A DNA stretch of 64,000 bases from Bacteroidota bacterium (GTDB lineage: Bacteria; Bacteroidota; Bacteroidia; M30B66). Within the stretch, counting starts at the first letter, position 1; every line of letters starts with the position of its first letter. The stretch spans positions 83,931 to 147,930 of the forward strand of contig JAIXUS010000038.1 of NCBI GenBank assembly GCA_027483445.1. The letters run 5' to 3'. The notes below the pieces were generated by a model. It made no database searches, had not been told where the DNA came from, and saw only the letters and a program-made list of their open reading frames with translations. Below are positions 19,188 through 28,300 of this stretch, piece after piece. The position numbers were made by a program, and so were the translations under genes.

Positions 19188-19328
19188 GCGCCACCGATTG
19201 AAGCCGGCAGCGCCCGAATTGCGGGTGCGGCAGCCATGTGGGCTGTGCCGCAATTGGGGACTAAAGGCGAAAAGCGGGATGCCCGGCGAAAACCAAAGTA
19301 ATAATGAGCAGCCAACCGGGCAGGCGCC
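19188..19328 (+). repeat. Intergenic mosaic element, module B copy 2
   Basis: Same blocks as 4451..4569. Its 3' terminus GGCAGGCGCC is the exact inverted complement of GGCGCCTGCC at 18900, so modules A and B together form a roughly 430-bp composite with perfect 10-bp terminal inverted repeats. Confidence 0.55.
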
Positions 19329-19721
19329 CAAATCATTGAGGTGAAATTCACGATGCATGATAACCTTTAAATAACTTCAATAGCTGGGAATTCACTGATA
19401 TTTAAACCAAAACTTGTTCATTTTCTTTAGTATGGTCAATGAGCCACGTGCACTCTTGATTCGTGAAAAATTTTAACATTCCATTGACCGGAGAATCAAC
19501 GTCTGCTGTAAATCAGGTAATTCAATTCTGCTTTAGAACGCATAACATTTGAACCGAAAATTGACAAATAAGCGATACATTGTTTGAGCAGAATTATGGT
19601 TGATACTGTTCACTAAATCGTTTACATGTTGATTTTCAACAACCTACAACTGTTGATTTATGTCTATGTCTGAGGCACGGAAATCGGATGATAAGGCGTT
19701 ATTTGCAGTATCTTCGCTTGA

Positions 19722-22700
19722 GTGGCAGTTGTGAAAACGCGTATTCTTACGATTCTATTTTTATTTGTAGGGGCATTTCCGTTGCTGGCGCAGGTGAACA
19801 GCACTCTTCGCAAGCGTACTTTGCCTTTAGGTGGCGATACTATTCGGATTGATAGTTTGAGTATTGCGCCTGGAACACTGCGGTTTTCTAAAGGTTTCGC
19901 CGATAGTGCCGCTTATCGTCTGGACTTGAGTCGTGGGGTTTTGATTAAAAAACCTGGAGCCATTTTAACCATGGATTCTTTGTTTTTAGAATATCGTGTT
20001 TTACGAATTCCGCTGCAAAAAGAATTTCGGAGTAAATCGCGAAGTTATGCTCCAAACGAAGAGCGGGGTATTTTCAACCCCTTGGTTTACAGTCCACCTA
20101 GCCGCGAAAAAAACGCCCCTGTATTTGGTGGATTAAACAAGGCAGGATCTATTTCGAGAGGTATTGCTGTCGGAAATAATCAGGATTTAGCGGTTAATTC
20201 CACATTAAATCTTCAATTATCGGGAAAACTATCGCCTGAAATTGCGGTAAATGCAGCCATTACCGACGATAATATTCCGATTCAACCCGATGGAAACACG
20301 CAACAGCTGCAAGATTTCGACAAGGTATTTATTGAATTAACCTCAGAAAAAGCCAAATTAATTGCGGGAGACTTTCAAATTACAAGACCGGAATCTTATT
20401 TCTTAAACTTCAACAAAAGACTTCAAGGACTTAGTCTGGAAACACGGCAGGAGGTGGCTATTATTCCAGGCATGGGTAAAGCAAAAGTGAGAGCCGGAGG
20501 TAGCCTGGCTGTAGCCCGCGGGCGATTTCACCGCAATACCATTCAGGGAATTGAGGGCAACCAAGGCCCGTACAGATTGCGTGGGGCAAACAATGAACAA
20601 TTTATCATCATTCTCTCTGGATCGGAGAAGGTTTACATCGATGGACGCTTGCTCAGACGTGGCCAGGAAAATGATTATGTTATCGATTACAATTCGGCGG
20701 AAATTATATTTACTTCTCGCAATTTAATGACAAAAGATCTGAGGATTTTTGTGGAATTTGAATACTCCGACCGCAACTATGCCCGCAGTTTATATCATAT
20801 CAATACAGAGATCGAACAAGGTAAATTAAGTACGCGTTTGAATATATTTTCTGAGCAGGATTCGCGCAATCAGCCCTTACAGCAGCAGCTCAATGACGAG
20901 CAAAGAGCTGCACTGGCTTTAGCTGGCGACACGATTGGAAAAGCACTTGTAGAAGCCATAGATAGCGTAGGATTTACGCCAGATTTAGTGCTCTACAAAC
21001 AAATCGATACTCTTGTAAACGGACAATTATACAGTGGGGTTTTAGTATATTCCATATCGCCTGATTCGGCCATCTATAGAGCTACATTTACGAATGTTGG
21101 CGCGAATCGCGGAAATTACATTCAAGCCAGCTCTAATGCCAATGGACGAGTATTTCGCTGGGTAGCACCAATAGATGGGGTTCCGCAAGGAAACTTTGAA
21201 CCTAAAGCACAACTCATTCCTCCAACGCGAAAGAGAATCATTACCATTGGAAATGATTATCAATTCAATAAACGGATGAAAATATTCACAGAGCTCGCCT
21301 TTACAGACTCTGACTTAAATACGTTTTCAGACCGTGATCAATTTGATGATCAAGGCCAAGCTGTGAGAATTGCTGCAGAGCACAAGCTCCCGTTGGGGAA
21401 AGACAGCATGGCATGGCAACTTACCTCAACAGCGAGTGTTGAATATGTGAGCCGTTTCTTCAGTCCTCAAGAACGTTGGAGAAACGTTGAGTTTGACCGT
21501 GACTGGAATCTTCAGCAGCTCAGCAATACGCCAGCCGACGAACTGCTGCCGAGACTTCAATTAAATTTGCAGAAAAGTCGAATTGGAACGTTAAACTACT
21601 TATTCACCTCATTTATCCGACAGGGCGATTTCAGGGCTTCACAGCACAGTTTAAATACCGATTTAAAAAAAGGGAAAAATCGATTTCAATATATTGGGAG
21701 TTTAACCAATAATGCTTCAACAGCTCGAACATCGAATTTTTACAGGCATCGCACGCTGATCACTCGGGATATTTATCGTTTTCAACTGGGTTATAAAGAT
21801 GAATTTGAGCGCAATTTAATTGGAGATGCTTTGGCGGGTGATACCTTATTGGCTCAGGCCTATCAGTTTTTTGACCGTCAATTCTTCATTCAAAACTTAG
21901 ATACTGCCCGTCAGAAATTTAATTTGTTTTATCGGGTTCGCACCGACGAGGGTGTTCGGAGTAACGATTTATTGAATTATGCACGTGCTGAGAATTATGG
22001 ATTAAGTGTTGACTTTAACTTCGGTGAAACGGCTCAATTACGAACGATTACATCAATACGAAACCTCTACATCAACGATACCCTTTTGACACAATTGGAG
22101 CCGGAGCGGACCTTGGTCAATCGGTTTGAATTAAGTCTTAGATTGTTTAAAAACAGCTTGAATTCTACGACCTTTTACGAGACCGGCAGCGGATTAGAAA
22201 CTCGGAAAGAGTTTAGTTATCTGGAGGTACAGCCGGGGCAGGGTGTTTATTCGTGGACCGACTATAATGGCAATGGTATTAAAGAATTGAATGAATTTGA
22301 AATCGCGGTTTTTCAGGATCAGGCCAGATTTATCAGAGTTTTCACTCCAACGAACGATTTCATCCGTGTGTTTTCTACCCAATTCAATCAGGTTTTCAAC
22401 CTTAAAACACCGGTTAGTTGGAATAAAACGAAAGGAGTGAAGAAGCTGGCTTCGCGTTTTTCCGGTCAAATGGCCTGGCGTATGGACAGTAGAACAGCCT
22501 CGCAGGACATGTGGAAAGCATATAACCCATTCAGGGCCGGTATTGACGATTCGGAGATGATAACCCTCAACCGTTCATTGCGGAATTCGGCTTTTTTCAA
22601 CCGCAGCGACCCGCGTTTTGGTATAGACTTTAATTGGCAACAACTTTCTACAAAAGCCTTGTTAAACAATGGTGTGGAGAGTCGCGACAATCGTTTCAGT

Positions 22701-23213
22701 AATCACCGCATTCGATGGAACCCCGGTGATCGCTTTACATTATCGTTGGAAACCCGCAATGGTGAAAAACGATCTGAAGCAGAGTTTTTCACCAACCGTG
22801 ATTTCCGAATCCGATATACCGAATGGGAGCCCCGTATTTCTTACCAGCCTAATGCAGCATTCAGGCTGAGTTTGAACTACAAATACAGCCAAAAAGCCAA
22901 CGATCCAAACCTGGGTTCAGAATTCGCTTTTGGCAATACTGCGGGCTTTGATATCAAATGGAACCAGGCCGATAAAGGCAGCTTGCAAGCCAGGTTTAAC
23001 TTTATTCTAGTGCGATACAATGGTGAACAAAACTCACCCATTGCTTTTGAAATGCAAGAAGGACTAAGGCCGGGCGAGAATTACACCTGGGGCATAAGCT
23101 ATCAACGTACTTTGGCCAATAACATGCAGCTAAACCTCAATTACGATGGGCGTAAATCGCCTGATGTTAATACGGTACACGTTGGTGGTGTGCAGGTTCG
23201 CTTGTTTTTCTAG
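19722..23213 (+). CDS. Large (1163 aa) outer-membrane beta-barrel protein of unknown function
   Basis: It has a signal peptide (FPLLAQ), alternating amphipathic beta-strand composition rich in Y/F/N/R/Q, and a C-terminal …VQVRLFF aromatic terminus typical of OMP barrels. There is no TonB box or plug motif. Confidence 0.65.
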   Translation: MAVVKTRILTILFLFVGAFPLLAQVNSTLRKRTLPLGGDTIRIDSLSIAPGTLRFSKGFADSAAYRLDLSRGVLIKKPGAILTMDSLFLEYRVLRIPLQKEFRSKSRSYAPNEERGIFNPLVYSPPSREKNAPVFGGLNKAGSISRGIAVGNNQDLAVNSTLNLQLSGKLSPEIAVNAAITDDNIPIQPDGNTQQLQDFDKVFIELTSEKAKLIAGDFQITRPESYFLNFNKRLQGLSLETRQEVAIIPGMGKAKVRAGGSLAVARGRFHRNTIQGIEGNQGPYRLRGANNEQFIIILSGSEKVYIDGRLLRRGQENDYVIDYNSAEIIFTSRNLMTKDLRIFVEFEYSDRNYARSLYHINTEIEQGKLSTRLNIFSEQDSRNQPLQQQLNDEQRAALALAGDTIGKALVEAIDSVGFTPDLVLYKQIDTLVNGQLYSGVLVYSISPDSAIYRATFTNVGANRGNYIQASSNANGRVFRWVAPIDGVPQGNFEPKAQLIPPTRKRIITIGNDYQFNKRMKIFTELAFTDSDLNTFSDRDQFDDQGQAVRIAAEHKLPLGKDSMAWQLTSTASVEYVSRFFSPQERWRNVEFDRDWNLQQLSNTPADELLPRLQLNLQKSRIGTLNYLFTSFIRQGDFRASQHSLNTDLKKGKNRFQYIGSLTNNASTARTSNFYRHRTLITRDIYRFQLGYKDEFERNLIGDALAGDTLLAQAYQFFDRQFFIQNLDTARQKFNLFYRVRTDEGVRSNDLLNYARAENYGLSVDFNFGETAQLRTITSIRNLYINDTLLTQLEPERTLVNRFELSLRLFKNSLNSTTFYETGSGLETRKEFSYLEVQPGQGVYSWTDYNGNGIKELNEFEIAVFQDQARFIRVFTPTNDFIRVFSTQFNQVFNLKTPVSWNKTKGVKKLASRFSGQMAWRMDSRTASQDMWKAYNPFRAGIDDSEMITLNRSLRNSAFFNRSDPRFGIDFNWQQLSTKALLNNGVESRDNRFSNHRIRWNPGDRFTLSLETRNGEKRSEAEFFTNRDFRIRYTEWEPRISYQPNAAFRLSLNYKYSQKANDPNLGSEFAFGNTAGFDIKWNQADKGSLQARFNFILVRYNGEQNSPIAFEMQEGLRPGENYTWGISYQRTLANNMQLNLNYDGRKSPDVNTVHVGGVQVRLFF

Positions 23214-23317
23214 GCATCAAGGTTTTGAGTAGATGACTGTTGATTTAATTTTAATTTTCCTCAAGCCCTGATGGTATTTTCCACTATTTTTAGCGATGTA
23301 ATTTCAATAACAAGGGG

Positions 23318-23731
23318 ATGTCTGTTAAGAAACCGAAGGCAAAGTACGCAACTGTGATGCTCATTGATGACAGTGAAATCGACAACTTCATCAATCAGAA
23401 AATGGTGGAAGGCTGCAATTTTGCCGACCGCATTTATGTTCATACCAGCTCGAAAAGCGCGCTGGAGTTTTTGGCCAACTTTGAAAGAGCACATCTTCCT
23501 GAAGAACTGATTCCTGAAATCCTGTTCCTCGACATTAACATGCCCATCATGGATGGCTTTCAGTTCGCTGAGGAATTTCAGAAGTCTTGTCCGAGGATTT
23601 ACGACAAAATCAAGATTGTTTTCCTTACCTCTTCCTTAAATCCGGTTGATCAAAAACGGGCAATGTTGGTTCGAGGGGTTTACTCTTTCCTTAATAAGCC
23701 TTTAAGTAAAGACCATCTGGACAAGCTCTAA
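23318..23731 (+). CDS. Single-domain response regulator (CheY-like receiver only)
   Basis: The receiver motifs are VMLIDDSEID, LFLDINMPIMDG and FLTSS…K. There is no output domain. Confidence 0.8.
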   Translation: MSVKKPKAKYATVMLIDDSEIDNFINQKMVEGCNFADRIYVHTSSKSALEFLANFERAHLPEELIPEILFLDINMPIMDGFQFAEEFQKSCPRIYDKIKIVFLTSSLNPVDQKRAMLVRGVYSFLNKPLSKDHLDKL

Positions 23732-23800
23732 TCAGCGTATATGAAAAAGGCCGGAGTTTATAAAGACCGGCCTTTTTTGTTGGAAAAATCTGAGGAGGGG

Positions 23801-25252
23801 TTATCGTTTCACAACTTGACTGAGTTGTTTAATAAAGGCTTCATCTACCTTAATATACTCAAGCATCCGGTTAGACTTTTGGTTGAGCAGGTCGAATTTA
23901 GCAAACAGTTGCGTGATTTTCTGATCTACATGGCGCGCCGAAGAACTCATTTGTAAAGAGAGAATCTTGTAGAAGATCAGGGCATTTTCGTAACCCATGT
24001 CGTCGTTAATTTCTCTGATTTTCCGTGTAACGCTCCTTAACAGCGAAGTAGCAGGATCGTATTTATTGATCATCGAATAATTGAGTGCAAGTAAAAGCTT
24101 AACTTCAATTTCCGTATGCGGATAGTTTTTAAAACTAATGTCGTTGATCAAGCCATTCAGAATTTGAACGGCCTCCTGGTACTTCTTCGCATAAAATGCA
24201 GAGGTGGCTGCATACTTAGCAAAATTGATGTAGTTTGGAATATCGTTTCTATCGGGTTCGTAATTGGGTAATTGTTTTTTATTCTGCTCATACAATTCGG
24301 CTTCAGTACCCAACTCAATATGCCGTTCAATTTTTGAAATGAGGAATTTAGTCGTAAAACAGCAGTGGTTGAAAAGCAGGAATGAATTGAGTTTTGCGTC
24401 TACTGCATCGAAGTATTTCGCCTCTTTCTTAGGCAAATTGAGTTTGTGGTAATATTCGAACGCCAAGAAATTATAAACCAGTTGTAAATGCTGGTAGTTG
24501 GTATCTTTACTATACGTGGTAAAGATTTTCTCCATTTTCACCAACACATCTTCAATGGGTTCATCGTCTTTGATGGCCTCTGCGTTGGGAACGAACAGGG
24601 CAAACGACACATCCACAATACTTTTGTAAATGGTAAGATGGTGTGATGAATAAAGGCTGCAAATATTGCCCATTTCCTGCTTGATCAGGCCGAGGTATTC
24701 AACCTGCATTTTATTGCGTGAAGCGTAGTATTCACCGATCGACTTCATGAAGGAATTCAACAAATCTTCTGCTTTGTCGAGGGCAATGGTGTAAGCAAGG
24801 TGCTTATTGTAAAGCTGGGTGTATTCGTAATATTTGGGCGAATGTAAATGGAGCTTCTTCAATGCGCTATACACCGACGATAATTCGTAGGGCATATCGT
24901 AATTCTGCAATTCCGACTCTAACTTCGATAGGATGGCAATAGCAGTGTCGCGGTGGGTGTCGTAAATCAAGGTAGGAATGTTCGCCACCTTTCTTAACAA
25001 ATCGATAATTGGGGTCGACATGTTGTTGGTGAGAAAATCCTGAATTTTGTCAAACAGGCGGGACTTTAAAGTATAGTATGCTGAGGTATTCACACTCAGC
25101 ATCTCCTGAATTTCTTCATCGGTATACTTGTTCTCCCGGTAAAGCTTGAGCAATCTGAGATATTTGTCTGCTTTGGTTTCGACAAACTGCCGACACAAGT
25201 CGTTGAACTCGTCTTCCTTAAGCTGCAGAACAATGCTCTTAAACTTGATCAT
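23801..25252 (-). CDS. Hypothetical all-helical protein with N-terminal HTH-like segment (putative regulator)
   Basis: TDEEIQEMLSVNTSAYYTLKSRLFDKI resembles a sigma-r4/LuxR-type HTH. The remaining roughly 400 aa are helical and TPR-like. It has no signal peptide. Confidence 0.5.
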   Translation of the reverse strand: MIKFKSIVLQLKEDEFNDLCRQFVETKADKYLRLLKLYRENKYTDEEIQEMLSVNTSAYYTLKSRLFDKIQDFLTNNMSTPIIDLLRKVANIPTLIYDTHRDTAIAILSKLESELQNYDMPYELSSVYSALKKLHLHSPKYYEYTQLYNKHLAYTIALDKAEDLLNSFMKSIGEYYASRNKMQVEYLGLIKQEMGNICSLYSSHHLTIYKSIVDVSFALFVPNAEAIKDDEPIEDVLVKMEKIFTTYSKDTNYQHLQLVYNFLAFEYYHKLNLPKKEAKYFDAVDAKLNSFLLFNHCCFTTKFLISKIERHIELGTEAELYEQNKKQLPNYEPDRNDIPNYINFAKYAATSAFYAKKYQEAVQILNGLINDISFKNYPHTEIEVKLLLALNYSMINKYDPATSLLRSVTRKIREINDDMGYENALIFYKILSLQMSSSARHVDQKITQLFAKFDLLNQKSNRMLEYIKVDEAFIKQLSQVVKR

Positions 25253-25310
25253 ACCTTACCCTTTTTGCCCCGAATATAGAACAAAAAGAATATGTGAATT
25301 TCAATACTTC

Positions 25311-28300
25311 TTAATTTTCATCAACAGTTCTATGCTCACTTCCCGGAACTGTGCGAATTACCTCCCAAGTTCCGTCGGCGTTTTCCCGCTCAACCATGTA
25401 AAAACCAACGCCATGAGCTCCCCAGCCTTTGTAAGGTGTCCAGAGTAACTCGATGTACAGGTCGTCGAGCGGCTTGGTTTGAAGTACAATATTGTCGCTA
25501 GACTCGCCCTGAATACCGAGTAATCCACAGCTGTTAGTAGCCATCACACGGTAATAGTATTTGGTAGCCTGAACATTTACCGCTTGATCGGTATAGCTGG
25601 TTTGGAACGCTGGTAAAGTGGCTATCAATTCCCATGTTTGCTCATCGGTTGAGCGGTAGAGTAAATACCCATTCACACGGTCTCCCATGATTTCAGGGAC
25701 CAACCACTCGGTAAGCACAAAGGCATCTTCAACTACTGTTGAACGGGCCGTGTTCACCTGTTGGCTTTCAAATAGGTTTGCGATTGGAGTACTCATATCA
25801 TAATCCGACTCTGACTCCACGTGCCATTGACCGTTTAGTCCTTCGGCGCGGATGTCGTAGCGGTATTTCACCGGACAATACACACTGCTGTCGATGTAAG
25901 AGAGTACATCACCCGGCACCGTTCCCAAGTCTTCTTCGAGATTGGAGTTTTCTTCGGTTCTGAAAATCCGGTATTGCGAAGCGGTTTTACCAATGTAAGG
26001 GCTCCAGTTTACCTCAATGGTGTTATCGACCCGGGTGGCAACCTCAACATTTATCGTACAATGTTCAATGAGCGAGTCGGTTTCGACACTGTAGCCGCAG
26101 CGGTCGCGGGTAAGCAGTTTATAACAATACACCTCATCGAGGGTGTTTAAGCCCTGATCGATATAGCTAACCAAGTGAGCCTCAGTGATGGTCGCAATCA
26201 CCGACCAAGAGCCATCCGCATTTTTGCGGAATAATTCATACGCTCCAAAGTCGGGTGCCGTAGATTCTTCCCATTCGATTATTGTGCTTATTGGATTGAT
26301 TACACTCACGCGGATTATCGGGCTCACCGGCGCAGCCAAGGTATCGAAAACGTTAACTATCGAAGGTAAGATGAGCGTATCGGCACAGCCATTCGCATTG
26401 GCTACAGTAAGGCTAACACTGTAAAACCCGGGGTTAAAATAGACTTCTGTTGGGCTCAAGTCGTTGGAGGTAGAGCCGTTACCAAAATTCCAAAGGAAAG
26501 ATGGGTTTTCGAGTTGCCACGATTGGTTGGAAAAGCTAACAGAAAGTGGAGTGCAGCCCTCGGTGCCATTCAAGGTAAATGCGGCTACAGGAACAAGGAA
26601 CGAACGGATTCCATCGATCACAGCGGTATCGGAACATCCAAATGCGGTGGTTGCAATCAGACTTACATTGTAATTACCCGGATCTGAAAAGAGGAAAGTT
26701 GGATTGGCGGATGTAGAAGTGCCCTGGCCTCCAAAATCCCATGAATACGTCGCGGCACCGGTGCTTGTATTGGAAAAGTTAACCGGGTGCGGAGCACATC
26801 CTGACATGTCGTCGACTGTAAATCCGGCTACAGGGTAAGGGTGAATCTGAATGGGAGCCGGAATGGTGTAGAATGCGCTGCAGCCTAGGGTGTCGCGGCT
26901 AAACAGAGTGATTACATAATTACCCGGAGCGTAATAGGTAAAGCTTGGGTTTTGTTCGGTGCTGGTTGAGCCTTCCCCAAAGTTCCACTCCCACTCTACC
27001 GCTTCGTTGGAGAGATCGGTAAACTGGATAGGTGCACCAACGCAGGTGCCTGATGACTGAAAAGTAAACGAGGTTGCCGGACCGAGAACGGTAACATAAT
27101 CGGTGTACAGAGCGGTATCGCTACAGCCATTAGCATTGGTAACAATCAGTTGGACGTCGAAAACACCGGGCTGGTCGTAGAGTTTTACCGGATGTTGGAC
27201 TGTTGAGCTGGACCCGTCGCCAAAATCCCAAAGCCACGCTACGGCCTGAGAGGATGAGTCGAAAAACTCCACTACTGAAGGTGCACATCCTGCCGGAGTT
27301 GGAGAGCTAAACTGAGCTTGAGGTCCATCCACATCAATTGGAACAGCCATGCTCACGGTATCGCGGCAGTTATCGGAAGTGGTTACAACGAGGGTAGCGG
27401 TATAATTTCCATTTTGGGTGTAAACGTGGTTTACTGTAGCTCCTGAAGCAGAAGCGCCATCACCAAAGTTCCATTCCCAGGCAATCATACCCTCGGTAGG
27501 CGTACTAAATTGCACAGAGAGTGGATTACAATTTCCTTGAAAGCTGGCTGTAATCTCCGGATTAAGAAGTTCAATGTGCGCCTTTGTCATCTGATCGGTG
27601 CAGCCATTTGAGGTGACAATCGAAAGTGAGATAGAATCGGCCGGTTCTGTAACGAAGGTGATGACCGGATCTTGTTCCGTAGAGGTAATGCCGTTTCCAA
27701 AATCCCAGAACCAGGAGACGGCATCAGTTGCCAATGATGTAAACTGCACTGTTACAGGAAGGCAAAGCCCACTTTGAACAAATGAGAAATCAGCGTTAGC
27801 GCCATGAACAACTACAACACTATCGTGCAATACCTGCACAGTACATGTTGGGTCTAACGAACTGGTAACTCTTTGCACTACAGAATAAACCCCAGGTGTA
27901 TTATAGGTTTTTGGCGTTGGTCCGTTGTAAACACTTCCAGTCCATGTAGCCAGCGACCAAGTGCCATCACCCCAAAACCAGGCAACATTGGTAGAATTGG
28001 GTGTAGTGTTGGCAAAAGTTGCGGTAAATGGGGCGCAGCCTTCGTTAGGGCCAATGAAGTTGAATGAAATGTTTGGGTTCGCCACACGAATAGTATGGCT
28101 GAGTTCGGTAATAGCAGTGCAGCCCGTTGGCGTAGTTACAGTTACATGAATGGTAAATTCGCCTTCACCAATAAATGTATGTTCGGGTGAGGCCTCATTG
28201 GAGGTCTGCCCATCACCAAACTCCCAGAAAAATGAATACCCTGGGGTATTTTCGAGGTTGTTTACAAACTGAACCGGGGCATTGCATACTTTATCCGGAA

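Noticed and set aside
18858-19351. ORFs 18858..19067 (-) and 19169..19351 (-), Arg-rich 'proteins'
   Set aside because: They coincide exactly with the GGCGCC-rich repeat modules A and B. The GC-rich repeat sequence opens spurious frames, and the same modules elsewhere do not preserve these ORFs.
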